From Lama glama (taxonomy: Eukaryota), in NCBI GenBank assembly GCA_028534125.1, contig CM052821.1, positions 55,056,001 through 55,120,000 on the forward strand: 64,000 nt of DNA. Direction: 5' to 3'. The number at the start of each line of letters is the position of its first letter. Within the stretch, counting starts at the first letter, position 1. Of the stretch, positions 37,818 to 50,836 are shown one piece after another. Position numbers and translations under genes: made by a program. The notes beneath the pieces are model-generated. The model was not told the origin of the DNA. It saw only the letters and a list, made by a program, of their open reading frames with translations, and searched no databases.

Positions 37818-37925
37818 AATAAAAGCTGTTCTGACGTCAATCTAGAGTCAGCCCCTGTTCATTCTGGGAGCCCGGGGCGGGGCGATGGAGGGCGTGTGTG
37901 TTGCTGTTGGGGTTGTGTGGGGTGG
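37818..37925 (+). terminator. Candidate poly(A) signal of the pri-let-7 host transcript
   Basis: AATAAA at 37818-37823, ~110 nt after pre-let-7b, with a GU-rich tract (gtgtgtgttgctgttggggttgtgtgg) at ~37894-37920. Confidence 0.7.
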
Positions 37926-38699
37926 GCATGGCCTGACTGGGCAGCCGTGTCCAAGCTGGGGGTTCACCAGACTTGCCCCTCTGCACCCTAGTCTGCAGTC
38001 CCAGCAACCCTTGGGCCCTCCTGATGGATTGCATCCTGGGACCCAGGCCCCATCCCATCCTCCACCCCCCCACACCCACTTTGAGCACAAACTGTGGGAC
38101 CCAGGCCCCAGAGGCGTCACTTGGCCCCCATGTGAGTGAAGAGGCCCCGCAGGCCCCCACGTGACTGGTGTGGACCCCAGGCAGCAGCTCAGAGCCCAGT
38201 CTAGGGCCCGGCCCCCGAGGTTACCTCAGCCCCCAGTGCCTGACTGGAGCCCGGAAGTTCCCATCTCCCAAGCCCCACTCCCTTAGGATACCTCCCGCAT
38301 CGTCCTCTGGGACCAGGGCAGATGACAAACTTGGGCATTGTCCACCTATTCACCCTGTGGTCAGTGGCAGGTTACACTGGCCTCATGTGTCCCCTGGACA
38401 TCACTTCTGTCCCTCCCCTCTCTCCGTCCCCACTCCAGACCTCAGAGCCTCTTGGAACAGCCCCTTTGCCCTTCTGGGCACTCGGCCCCCTTGGGAGCAG
38501 ACCTGCCCTCACACCTGTGCACACCCTCGCCTGGACCCCTCCCTGCCCCTTCCTGCTCATCATGGCTCTGAGTGCCCAGCCCACTCCTCTGAATGCTCAC
38601 AGCTCAGCACTGCCTTTGGCCACAGTGTCTTATCTGAGCAGACTGTGACCATGGATGCCCCGAATTCAACCTTTCCTCGTGGCAACACCTCTATGCCCG

Positions 38700-38865
38700 G
38701 CCCTGCAGTCAGAGCTCATGGCCTGGTGGGGAGCAGTCCAGACACACAGTGGCCATCTGTCATGATCAGGGCCATGATGGGGGCACATCAGGGCTGGGAG
38801 AGCCCTGAGGAACCCTGGACCCAGCCCTGCAGTCAGGGGTGCCTTCCTGGAGGAGGTGACACCTG
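38700..38865 (-). mobile_element. L2 fragment
   Basis: gagctcatggcctggtgggga...gtcaggggtgccttcctggaggaggtgaca. Confidence 0.55.
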
Positions 38866-41639
38866 GTTCACCCTGGGACCCTCTCCACCTTCCAGCAAAC
38901 CAACTTCCAGTCTCTCCACTGTCACCAACTGGCCATTCCTAGAGACTGGGTGTCGGAACCTGCCCAAACGTGGGCCTGAAGGGGATGGGGCCAGGGTGCC
39001 ACCCATCACCTGGTCATCAGCAACGTGCGGAAGCAGTTTAATCCCAGAACAAACTGGATGAAGCTGTTAGTCGGGTCAAAGCAGCTAATGTGTTTGTGAG
39101 GCCCTGCCAGGTGGCAGAAAGGGCTCCAGCTTTGGGGACAGAGGCCCAGGGCCGTTGCTCTACTCACGAAACCTCAACTCCCCCCCAGCTTTATAGGGGG
39201 CTGTGTGGGGTGTCAGGAGACAGCAGTTCAGAGAGTTCAGCTGAGGGTGGTAGGAGGCTGGCGGCACCACAGGGAGGGAACACAAGAATGGCCGGGGGGG
39301 CCGATGGGCCAGACCTGAGCCCTGGTTTGTGGCTGGGCGCCTGGTGCCCCCTGCTGCCTATTCAGGGAGTGGCTCCTGGCCCAGCTTGGGCCCTGGGTCT
39401 AATCAACAGTTGAGCAGAGTGGAGAGCCGACTCGGGGCCCCCAAAGCTTGCCCCCTACCAAAACTATGAGCTCTGGTCCATGGGCCAGGACCATGGTCAG
39501 ACACGAGGACCAGTCAGCTTTATAACAGCTCAGCTGAAGTCGAGGGGGAAAGTGAGGGATTGGGACCTTGGAGGTGGCCCCCGTCCCCAAGTGTGCAGGA
39601 GCCAGGCCTCCACAGACCCCTCCCAGCCGAGGCTGGCCACCAAGGAGTGTCTGTGTTCTACAGGAGAGACATTGTGTCACTGTTCCTCCTGGGAGGTGAC
39701 TCCTCAGAGAGACTTGAGGGACTTCTGGGGTGTCCAGGGTGGGCCTTTTGAGAGACAGTGAGCCTTAGGGGCCACCTCTGACCTTGGACCTCCTGGGAGA
39801 GGTGGCAGAGCCAGCCCAGCATTTGGACCCTGCAGTCCCGAGCTGAGCCAGGGCCCACCTAGCCACGTGAGCACCAAGTGAGGGGGCCGGCACGCAGGGC
39901 CAGGACTAGGAGGAGGTGGCCGAGGCCCAGCATCCCAGGGAGCCACCGGTCTCAGGGTCACATGGCACAGCCAGCCTGTCCCTCAGCATGCTGGGCACAG
40001 AGCCAAGGCCCACATGCTGTCAGGGGCCCATGAAGCAGTTTCATTTCAATTCCTTTTCAAATCTGGAGGAAAAACGAATACAACAGTGTTGACCACATGT
40101 TACACGTTAGCGTATACAACTGACATCGGAACGTGTGTAACTCCGTGTGCTGGGGGACCGACGGTGTCTGCGGTGATGAGCCCAGCCTGGGTTCTACTGG
40201 GCTTCACCCAACCTGGTCATAAAGCACATTCTGTCATCTGCTTTATGGGGGAAGCACCCAGGAAGGCGGAGTGCCCCCCACCCCCCACCCCCAGTCGGTC
40301 TGGGCCCAGCCTGCAATCCTGGCCGCTGCTCTGCCTCCCCGAGAGGGTGAGCGCCTCCTTCAGTTCAGTGTCCTGGGCGCCTCACTGGCCCTGGGTCCAA
40401 CTCTGCTGTCATCCCCCTGGTCCCCCCTTCCTCCGCCAACCAGAGGGAGGCCTGGCCTAGGCCAGCTGGGCAGCCCCTGCCATCGGACTGTGCATTTTCC
40501 GACAGCGACGCCGTGTGGCAGCAGGAGGCAGTGGCAGCTGTGAGCTGTGAGCCGCCAAGCCCTGCCCACCACCCACCACAGGCTGGGGGCCCAAAGCCCT
40601 GGAAGGGGATGGATGACCCCTCCTGGGCCGGAAGCTTCGGGTTCAAAGTCAACCCTGGTGAGAGGGCCCCAGGAGTGCTTTCTGCTTCTCTGGTGTATGG
40701 GGCCTGAACTGCAGACTGATAACTGAGCAGCCCTTATCCCGCGCCCCCTGCCGGCTCCTTCACGCTCTGGATGTACCTCTGCCATCGCCCCAGGTGACAG
40801 CTGGCAACGTCCTGCCCACCATCGGCATCTCGAGCCCCCATCAGCACACCCTCCTCATGGCCACACCCACAACAAACCTGTGAGGGGCAGGCCCCACCCT
40901 CCGCCAGGAACTCAGACCCACCTCTGTCCCCAGGGACCATCCACTGGCTTTGGGCAGGAAGGAAGACCTTCCCCAAGCCTGGGAGGTTAGGGGCACTGGT
41001 GCGAAGGCAGGGTCTTGCTCTTGCTGTGTGCCCGTGGCTCCCTGCAGAGACTTCATGCCCGTCAGTGTGGTTTAGCAGAGCCAGGGCTCCCTGGTGCTGT
41101 TTCTCCTGCATCAGGCAGGGTCTGAGGGACCAGGTGGCCCAGGGGCCCAGGGGCCTGGGGGAGTCCCCATGTCAGCTGGATGAACATGCTGAGCTCAGCC
41201 TGTCTCTCTCTAAAAGGACAGGGGTGGCACCAGCCAGGTTATCCATGTCAGACCCTGGACAATTAGAGGGCTGAGATGTACCAGGAGGGGAGGGCCTTCA
41301 GGTCTGGCCTGCTCAAGGGGCTCCAATCGCAGCACAGCCCCAGCTGTTCCGAAGCCTGAGGCCAACTCTTTCCCAGCTGCCAGCTTGGTGACCCAAGTTC
41401 ATCATCCATACTGATACCAGCCAGTGCCCCTGACCCCAGTACTCTCGTGGCCTCTGAGCTGCCCATTGCCAGAGATGGCCCTAGCCCCAGTGCATCTGCG
41501 TGGTGGCCAGGTCTCTGTGGAAGGGGTGACTTTCCCAGGGATGGGAGTGGAGGGCTCCAGCCATTGGTGTAAATACTGCCAAGTCAGCCCCCACCGGTGA
41601 TACCATGTGCCGTGGGGGAGTCTCTGGTCCTCAGGGAGG

Positions 41640-41760
41640 GGCTACTATCCTGAGCCCATTTCATGGATGCAGACATTGAGGCTCAGAGAGATGCAGCATC
41701 TTTCCCAAGGCCACACAGCAGGCCAGGGCAGAGCTGGAATGACTACCAGGTCTATTCCAG
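41640..41760 (-). mobile_element. MIR fragment
   Basis: cccatttcatggatgcagacattgaggctcagagag...cccaaggccacacagc...ggcagagctggaat. Confidence 0.75.
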
Positions 41761-43889
41761 GGCCTGTAGCTGTCCTGCCTCCCCCGTGGTGTCCTCCTGC
41801 CTGCAGTGGGGGAGAGGGAATGCCTGCAGGGAAGGGACAGGTGGAGCTCTGGAATCCCTTTCCTGTGGCCAAGGAAGCCGGCTAGACCCAGGGCCCTGCC
41901 AGGTGCCTCAGCCGCCTGCCTCGCACAAGAGGGTCCACCTGAGCCAGAGCAAAGTAGCCGCCTGCACACTGGACATCTGGCCCCTCTGAAGAAAGCAACT
42001 TTTTCTCCCCTCAGCCCTGAGCTGGGCTCAAAGATGGTGGGGACTGTTCCTGGTGGGCCTGGACCCCCACCCTCCACCTTCTTCCCAGATCCTGGGGTCT
42101 GATCCTGCCTCCGGCCTAGCCTCAGGCGGTGCGGCCGGCTGTGGTGAACTAGACGTGCTGGCCTCTGTGGTCTCTGGGACCCAGTAGCGAAGGGTGGCCT
42201 GTCCCGGAGAAGGCCTCGCCCCTTCCCTGTCCTCCTTCTGCAATCCTCCTCCCCTCCCAGCGCCCCTCCACCACATGGGGCCTCCCCTCAGCACCTTCTT
42301 CTGCTCATTTCCCAGGGCCCCTGGCTCCGTGTGGATGTTCTGTCCCCACAAGAGGCAGGGAGGACCAAGCAGCTGGCCTGTGGTCTGGGAGCCTCAGGGC
42401 CCAGGCAGCAGCCACTGGAAAGGATGCAAAGGCCTGAGGAGGGGGAGGCAGAGCGAGGGGACAAAAGGAGGGGGGGACCTGGGGAGGAAAGGAGGAGTGG
42501 GGAAAGCCACCTCAGCAAGGGGGGGCCGGTTCCAGGAAGGGGGCGCCAGGGAGCCCATGATGGTCAGGCTGAGGGGGGAGTGGGGAGAGGAGAGTGAAGG
42601 CCGCCACCTGGAGGGAAGGGGTGAAGGAGGAAGGGCCAGGGGCCGGCCTGGGCAGGTGGGGTCCTCGTGGGAGGAGGAGGCACCTGCAGGAGGGTGCCCA
42701 CTGTGTAGCAGACAGGGAACTGGGTAGCAGCCAGCAGGACCCCCTTCTCAGTGGCGGGGATGTGCTCAGGGAGTGTGGGGGCGGGTGGGGACGCGGCGGG
42801 CCCAGGGGTGAAGGCCTTGTCTGCAGGGGTCCCTGGAGGCCCAGGAGCCTCAACAGCCCGAGGGCCCGGCCAGATGGCCCACCGCCCAGAGGGGACAGAG
42901 GCTTCAGGCAGCAGCCAGTGGGGACCTCCAGGAGGCTGGGGATCAGGGGAGGGACCCTGCAACCAGCTTGGTCCCTGAAACGCCATGGAGGGGGCCCAGC
43001 GTGTAGCTGAAGGAACACACGGTCAGGAGACCACCCAGCGGAAGTCCAGGCTCAGCCACACACCAGCTGTGTGGCGGAGGGCAAGCCCCTGGCCCTCTCT
43101 GAACCCATCTCCTCACTCAGGCTGAGGATAAGAAGACTGGCCCTTGCAGGTCCTGTAGGGTTCATGGACAGCGAGCACTGGCCAGGTAAGCAGGCTCCAC
43201 GGGGTGAGGAGACGAGGGTCCGGCGCTTCTGGACGAGCCAGAACCCATGGCCTCCCATGAAGGCCCCACGGCCTGCCTCCCCCAGACAGCCAAGAGGCTG
43301 CCCCACCCCCAGGCCGGCAGCACTGCACTGCTCCCTGTGTCTCTCTGTCCTCTCTCCAGCTCACTTTCTTCCCTCCTTGGAGCTGTCATTACCCTCCAGC
43401 CAAAGGAAACTGGGGGACACCTGTGGTGGAACAAGGGGTTCGTTGGTCTTTGCAACCAGAGAACCATGGGGCGTCTCAACAGTAGGTGCGCTGGGTGCAA
43501 GGCGGGTCTGAGGGGCGGCTGTGCTCTGGACCAGAAGCTGTCAGGAAGGGGGCTGACGACGATGGCCTGTCCTAAACTCTGTGGGCGGCGGGGGGGCGGG
43601 GCTGGAGCCAGCGGCGGCTGTGAGTTGCCAGGGAAGCAGCGGCCACTCCCATCATCTGGAAGGGGGAGGTTTAAACACTTTCTGTGGCCCAGGCGACGTC
43701 CAGGCTGTCGTCTGTGTTCCAGGATTACCAGGGCAGGTGTTGGTGATCTGTGATACCGTTTGTGTCCACAGGAGGACACCCAGGCCCAGCTGATGTCCCA
43801 GGCTGCTCCCGGCTACCAGGGCCTCTTTCTCTCAGCACCACCAGCCGTGTTCCTTATCCAGGTGGGTGTGGTCCATCCCCTGCCCCACA

Positions 43890-44000
43890 AGGCTCTGGGC
43901 TCCAGGGGCTGTGTCCCTCGTTTCTGCAGCCTCCCAGCCCCTAGCCCAAGGCCTGGTGCAGAGGGTGTTTAATAAATGCCTACTGAGTGAACAAGCGAAT
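43890..44000 (+). mobile_element. L2 LINE 3' end
   Basis: cccagcccctagcccaaggcctggtgcagagggtgtttaataaatgcctactgagtgaa. Confidence 0.7.
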
Positions 44001-44384
44001 TAGCATGAACACAGGCAGGTGGGGCGAACCCAGCACCATAAGGGAAACTGGCCGGAGAAGCAGTGGCACAGGTGGGCAGTAGGAAGCAGCACTGGGGACC
44101 CCAAACATCCAGGCTGAGGAGGGTGCTGGCTGTCCCCTGTAAAAGTCCCTGAGATGCTCTTGGACTCAGGGGGCTCCTTGGATGAACACACCCAGAGCTG
44201 CTGCCCACAGTGCTCGCTTTTGGAGTCACACAGCTGTGAGCCCATTAAAGGTTCTGACCAAGGCCTGCAGAGAGGAGACACCTGTTTGACTTGATTTAAC
44301 TTGCAGTTTCCCAGCCAGGCCTGACCACACCAGCCCAGCCAGTCAAGTCATACCAGTGGCCATTCCACAGAACAGGAGCACGGC

Positions 44385-44570
44385 CTAGCTGCTCTGCATT
44401 TGCCAAAGGTCCCTCTGGCTGCCATGAGGGGAGAGGGCCTTGGGGAGGCAGCGGGCCCTAGGAGGCGGTGGCCACTGGGCTCAGGCCAAAGCAGATGTGC
44501 TTGGACCATGGTGGTAACCCAGGAGAGCTTTGAAGTGGGTGGGTTTGAGAAACATTGGGAGGTGAAGCCA
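44385..44570 (-). mobile_element. L2 fragment
   Basis: tgcatttgccaaaggtccctctggctgcc...gcttggaccatggtggta...gtttgagaaacattgggagg. Confidence 0.55.
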
Positions 44571-45578
44571 AAGAGACACCAACCAAAGGCTGACTAGGGC
44601 AGAGGTGGGGAGTGGCAGGGGAGGCCCAGGCCTCCGGGTTGGTGGGCGGACACCTAGTGAAGCAGAGGAGCCAGGCTGGGAACAGGCACAGAGCAGGTGA
44701 GGTTTGGGACAAGCCCCATGTGAGGTGTTCTGGGGACTGACCTGGGGGACCCCACTTGAGCTGGAGGCTGGTCCATGCGGCCAGCCCAGCCACTGTGCCC
44801 CCACCCTCCCTACACACCTGCCCAGGGCACCCGAGAGAGATCCCCGGGCTTCCTGGGCCCTTGGGGTCAGGGAGTTTTCAGCACGCCCTGCCCCCATGGC
44901 CACAGCAGTGGGAACAGCAGCAGGGGTGGGGCCCAAGGACCCAGGCCCAGCGGGTCCCAGGACAGAGCTTAGAGCCGGGTAGTGAGTCATGGTGGTCTGA
45001 GAAGGCCCAGGGCAAGACAGGAGCTGACGCACAGGGCTTCTGTTCTCAGATAAGGCCCTCTTCCTGATAGAGTCCAGGCGGCCACTTTGCTCCCGCTAAG
45101 GTGGACACTCAGGAGCGAGGCAGGCGGGCCTCTTCGCCTGTGGTCACGAGGTTGGAGGGGTTTCCTGCTGGTTTCCCAGCCAACAGTGGGCTCTGAGAAG
45201 GGTGCTGGGGACAGCAGGGTGGGGGTCTCGGCTTGGCCAGGGCAGACAGACCAGACCCACCGGCAGCAGATGGCTCAAGCTGGGCTGTAACCTGAGTCCC
45301 TGCAGGGCTGGGCCGGGCTCCCCATGCTCTCTAAGCCACTTTAGCTGGGCCACCGGGCCACTGGGCCAGGGGCCCTGAGCACAACCAAAGAGGAAATGGG
45401 CACTGGGCCGGTGCCAGGAGCCTCGCCTCCCTGAGGGACCCACAGAGTTCCTGGCTCTTCTGTGAGCTCAGTTTCCCCACGTGCATGCGAGGAGAACCTG
45501 GACTTGAAGGTCCAGGACCTGCAGCTGTGTGCTCAGGATGGGCTGTCTCTGGTCCAGCCTCTGAGGTGAGGCCCAGAC

Positions 45579-45597
45579 TGACCACCAGGTGGCGCCC
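45579..45597 (+). promoter_or_regulatory. Candidate CTCF site
   Basis: TGACCACCAGGTGGCGCCC closely matches the CTCF core consensus. Confidence 0.6.
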
Positions 45598-47719
45598 TGC
45601 ACTCGATGAAAAGTGCAGCTCTGGCTGGGGAAGGGCGGCCTGCGGATGCTGCCCAGTCACAGGCAGTGGGGGTCCGTGAGGCCTGAATGGTCCCCACAGC
45701 CCTGAGGCCCAGCAGCCCTCGGGGTCACAAACAAGGGGGCAGGGTGGAATCAGCATCAGCCTGGCAGCCACTGCAGGAGGCAGGGCCTCTCCCCTCCCTA
45801 CACCCCCCGGGGTGGGTATAGTGCTCTGGGCACTGTGAGGGGGAGGGACATCCCCCACTTCCAGCCACCGGGAGGACTGCTGTCCCCTGCCCCTTCCACA
45901 CACTGGACAGAGGTCTAACTGGTGGGCTGGAGTCTGACCCTGTGTCTGTCTGCCCTTCTCCCCGCATCGGACCACAAGACCTTTGCCTCTCTCAGCCTCC
46001 TCCCCAACTGCGGAACAGAAGATAACCACCTCACCCCTCCCCTCTGTCTCTGGCCACCCTTCTGTGTGCCAGCCCCTGCAGATGCGGGTGTCTCCCACAG
46101 GGCCGCCCTGTGAAATGGAGGCTACCGCCTGGACCAGGCTACAGAAGGCTGTGTGGCCCGAGGTCTCACCCAGTTGGACCACAGAAGGGCCAGTAGGAAA
46201 GCTCCGGTTGTCCACCAATTGATGGTTGGCAGGAGGCCTGGGTGGGGGCATCTAGGGGTCTCTTCTGGTCCCACAACTGGGGCTGAGTCAGATTTCCCAT
46301 CCCTGCACCCGAGCTAGAGAGGTCAGCACCATGTCCAGAATCACACAGCGGTGTCCCTCTGGCACAGGGTCTCCCTCACTACCCCCTCGTAGCCCTTGAG
46401 CCCAGCCACTGGACCGTGGGCAGTAAACACTGTTGTTACCTGCAAGGTCACTGCTCAGTGGCCCTGGGCAGTCACCATCCCCCTAGATGCTCAGGGAGCC
46501 CCACTCCCAAGGGAGTCCTGGGGGTGTTGTCCCTCAGCTGCAAAGAGGTACCCCCCCAAAGCTGTGGGCTCACAAGGACAGACCAGTGGTGGGGTGGGCA
46601 GGGGGCACGGGAATGGCCACGGGCAAGTGGGTAGGTACCACCCCTGGGCAGCTGGGCAGGTGCCATCCCTGGCAGCTGAGGGGAGCCAGGCGCACAGGGC
46701 ACGGGAGCCACAGGCCCCTTAGCCAGGCTGACCCTTGCCCCAGTGAGGGGCAAGCAGCCTGGCGGGTGAGCTGCCCCACTGGCAGCAGGCAGGGGTGGCT
46801 GCTGGCCTGGCCCCAACAGAGCAGGCTTGGAGTTGGGCTAAGCCAGGTGGGCTCAGCTGTTCCAGCAGATCCTGGTGACCAGGGCAGTGTTCAGCTGGGC
46901 ATCTTGTCTGGGAGATGATGAGATGTGCGGCCTCACTGGGCCTGAAGGTGGTCCCAAGGAGGCCAAGTCCAGGCCACTGTCCCACCCAGCCCAGGGCCGG
47001 GCCCCAGACAGGTCTGATGCCCAGAGAGAGCGAATCGCCGGGGCCCGAGGGGCCAGACATCACCCAGCCCTCCTCTACCTGGTTCACAGCCTCGACTTGA
47101 TCGCCTCCAGCTCCGAGGGGCTCACTCACAGCAACCCTCTGCCTCCAGCTTCCCTCCAGCCGCAGGAAGCCGCTGCCACCCGGAGCACGTGGCACCCAGC
47201 TTCTTCTCACCCTAGACCTCTGCCTGGGTCACCCTCCTGCTGCCCCCCTCCCCAGTCACCTCGGCCAGGCCTTCCGTTACAGCCACCAGCTTCTGTTAAC
47301 TATGCGCCCTGTGCTGTCATGCCATCTGACCCTCCTGTGGGTGTTTTTTTTTTCCCTTCATCTTAATGGTGAAAAATCTGCCCAAGGCCCCACAGCCTGG
47401 AAGACGCCCATTCAGAAGCACCCAGGGCCCCAGGCAGACTTACACAAACACAGTCTTGCCCAGCCTTGCCTCCACCAGCGTGCGCCAGAGGCAGGAGTCT
47501 GGCCTCTCTCACCTCTGAGGAGGAGCCTTCTGGCTGCAGTCTTTCCTCTCTGCTTACACAATTGTACCCAGACATCCCTGAGTCCTGGTACCTGTGGACA
47601 GCTGGCGGGGGAGGGGGAGGGGCTTGGGGTCTGGGGCAGTCTCAACTCCAGACTGGCCAGAACAGAATGCTCATCACTGCGAAGAATCAGCTGGGTGGTG
47701 CAGCCCTCTAAGTTATCCT

Positions 47720-47935
47720 TTGTTCAAGACATTCCAGCTGGGAGACAGACCCAAAACAGGCACTGACTACGCTGGAGGGTTAGGGGAGCAGTGCCCTGGG
47801 GCCTGGGAGGCACAGGGAAGGAGGGAGGACCACACAGCAGAGGTGGAGTGGGGGAAAGATCATGGAGAGCCCCCTGAGATGGGTAAGTCCTGAGATGGGT
47901 TTTGTAGGATGAGTAGGAGTTTGCCAGCTACAGAG
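47720..47935 (-). mobile_element. L2 fragment
   Basis: ttccagctgggagacagac...tgagatgggttttgtaggatgagtaggagtttgccag. Confidence 0.6.
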
Positions 47936-48104
47936 TAGGAAAAAGAATGAGAAGCCCCCACACTCACACTTGGATTGTATGTGTGTATTATGGGGCCTGC
48001 AGGGGTTGCCACATGGTATACTGATGGGGTGGGTGGGCCAGGGACCCTTTGTAGGCCCTGGGATCCCTCATGCCCAAAAGGGCAGATCATTTCTAGAGTC
48101 AGTC

Positions 48105-48330
48105 TCAGAATGAATCAGGAACCTTTAATTGCAAGTAACAGAAACCCAAGCTAAACCAGCTTAGGCCCAGAGGGGATTTACAGCCTTATGTAACAAAAAA
48201 TCCAGCAATTGGACCAGCGTCAGACATGGCTGGGTCAAAGGGTGTCCTCTGGACTCTGCCTCCCCATTTCTGGTAACTGCTTCCCTCTGTGGGTCCCCAC
48301 CCTCAGCAGGCCCCCTTGAAAAGGCAGAGA
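48105..48330 (-). mobile_element. Old MLT1 (J/K/L-like) LTR fragment
   Basis: ttgcaagtaacagaaacccaagctaaaccagcttagg...ggattta...atgtaac matches the antisense 3' end of old MLT1 LTRs. Confidence 0.65.
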
Positions 48331-50297
48331 TGGCCATGCCTCCAGACCCCAACTCCCACCCCATGGAAGGCTCTCTCCCCTTCTTCAGCAGTGAGGGACA
48401 AAGGCTCAGCCCTGAACCACGGGCTGTGCATGCTCACTGGGCAGCGGGGGCTGGGGTGGAGCCAGCCCCACATCGCGGGGGTGGGGGTGGGATCGAAGGG
48501 GCAATAGACTCTTGAGGGGCAGAGCCAGCTGCTGCTCCTGGGACGGAGGTCAATGCCGGGTGGAAATGGGCTTCACATGGGCCCTTTCCGGAACCTTGAA
48601 CTGGAGAGGATGGGGGCAGCTGCGATGGCCGAGTTGGCTGGAACTTTCCGTCCGTCCTCTGGAGCCGGTCTGAGTGTTCAGCTCTGCAGGCAACCAGGGC
48701 CCAGCAAGCAGCACCTCTAGAGGCCAGGCCAGCTTGGCACTGGGAGGGCAGGGAGAGGGCCTGGGCTGGTTCTGCTTTACTCAGTCGCTCACGGCTCCAC
48801 GGTGCCCCAAGAAGAGCCGCCAGCAGCAGCCAGGGAGGCATTGCTCACACCTGCTCCATTAGGCAGACCAGGAGCTGAGAGCTCTGTTGCCGGGAGGTGG
48901 GGTGCTGGGACTGGCCAGCAGACCTGTCCTGCCCACCCCTGAGCTGCCCTGTCTGACCCAGACACTGCCCTGGCCCCAGCGCCCACCCTCTCCTGGCCAC
49001 GGTGAGCAGCTCACTGTAGATGGACACCTTCACCAGTTCCCCGCCCCCGGGACCCAGGGGCAGCATCACATACCACCCTCCACTCCACACCACTTGTCGC
49101 TAGTCGGGGGCAGGAGCCTCACCCTGCGCCCACCCAGGAGCCCTCTCTGGCCGGGCTCAGGGGGCTGGGCAGCCACTGGCCCCAGCCCAGGAGGAGCCCA
49201 CAGAATGTTTAGCCTTGAAGCTCAAATCAGTCTGAGACAGAGGCCCAGGGTGCCAGCCTGCACACCGGGGTTCTCTAAAGCTCTGATGCCCCAGCTGATG
49301 GGGACAAACCCCGTGTGCCCCTCCCTGGAAGCTACCTGGGTTCCCTGGCCCCCGACCACATGTATGGCTGCCTTCTCTTCTCCTTGTGCCCCCAGCAGCA
49401 TGTAACTCCCCCACTCACTCCACTTCCACCAGCGGATCTGGCCTGTTCTGGAATCAGCTGGACTAGAGGGGGCCCCGTAGACAGGGCCACAGCTAGGGCT
49501 TGGTAGCGTGCTGGCGCCCAGGTGATGTCTGGTGGACCAATCCCTCACTCACTGTCGAGGGCAAGGGGATGGGAAACGCAGGCACGGGGATGAAGTTCCC
49601 AGCGCAGCCTAGGGCTGCCCCCCAGCACGGTGGTCTCTAATGGTCGTCTTGTTCACACCAAGCTAGCATCAGACCCAAGATTCTGACCAGAACCTGTCCC
49701 AGCTGGAAAGGCTCTCAGCTAGAGCAGGGGCTAGTGACCGGCTGCCTGAGGGGACCGCAGCTGGAGAGTGGCACCCTCGGTCCCTCCATCACAGTAGGAA
49801 GAGGAGGAGGGGAAGTTCCCCTTCTGCTTTATGTCTGAATTCTGGTACTAAATGCAGGCACGGCTTGGTGGAGCGCAGTGTTCAGCCTGGGCCGACTCCC
49901 AGGGCAGCTAGGCTGCCGGACCATGACCCAGAGCCTGGGAACACAGGCAGGACCCAGCTGTACCGTGGGGCCTCAGAGGGGCTGTCCGCTCAGGAGGCCG
50001 GCAACGTTCCCAAGGGCAGACAGCCGCTGTCTCCTAACCCCTCATCCCCTCCCTCCCCAAAACAGTCTCCTGGCTGGAGCTCCCTGGGTTCTCAGACCCC
50101 GGGGCCCTCTGCAGGCTTGGATCTAATCTCAGGCTCTGGGTACTTCTGTGGTCCCCAGTTCACTGCCAGAGACAGAGACTGGGCAAGGTCAACCCAACAT
50201 CACACAGCAGTGAGTGACAGTGCTGGGGTTAGAAGCACCTGCTGGACCCAGCCTACACTCTCACTGTCACCACACCCGACTTCCCTGTGCTGGGGGG

Positions 50298-50362
50298 ACA
50301 GCACCCCATTTCACAGACGGGGAAACTAAGGCCCGGGGGAGCTCAGTCCTGAGGTCACACCC
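50298..50362 (-). mobile_element. MIR fragment
   Basis: ccccatttcacagacggggaaactaaggccc...gaggtcacac. Confidence 0.7.
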
Positions 50363-50544
50363 TGATCGGGAAGATCACTCTGTCTTACATTCAGCGCTCC
50401 CCGCCTGCACACCCTCCTACCCCGGCTGCCGGTGTGAGTCTCCAAATCCCACCCTAATACCTCCCCCACCCCCACAGTGAGAGAGTTCCTCTGTCTGGGC
50501 TGAATCAAGAGCGAGGGCTGTGGGAGATGTGCCCTCACCAGCTT

Positions 50545-50836
50545 GAGGTCCGGAAGGCTTCCTGGAGGAGGTGATGTGGACACTAATCCAAGGTCTCAGG
50601 GCTAAGGCAGCAGTGGAGGTGGGGAGGGAAGCATGTGGTGTCCACAGGTGAGGGATCATCTGAAGGGGACAGGGCCTGGAGGCAAGAGGCGGGTGGGAGG
50701 ACCACAAAGGACCTTGGGCATCCTTGGGTCCTTGAAGGCCACAGGGAGCCATCAATGGTTTTAGCAGTGATAAGTGAATGACAAGATGGAGTGTTTTGAA
50801 ATTTCACCTGGCTGCTGTGTGGATTCTGGATTGGAG
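50545..50836 (-). mobile_element. L2 fragment
   Basis: ggaaggcttcctggaggaggtgatg...gggagccatcaatggttttagcag...gtgttttgaaatttcacctggctgctgtgtggat. Confidence 0.65.

Larger units (their letters stand above)
1..37850 (+). ncRNA. MIRLET7BHG: Putative let-7a-3/let-7b host lncRNA transcription unit (MIRLET7BHG ortholog); 5' end uncertain
   Basis: Inferred from synteny with human, upstream CpG islands with + strand GTAAGT donors (1483, 9302), and a poly(A) signal just after let-7b. The exon structure cannot be established from sequence alone. Confidence 0.55.

Noticed and set aside
38222-38228. let-7 seed match TACCTCA suggesting autoregulation (also CTACCTC ~53846)
   Set aside because: It lies downstream of the poly(A) signal, and 7-mers at this frequency are expected by chance in 64 kb.
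42220-42680. C-rich then G-rich strand switch (also ~52.4-53.2 kb) as a long hairpin or G4 element
   Set aside because: No precise inverted repeat was found, and G-tracts are ubiquitous here, so it is not distinctive.
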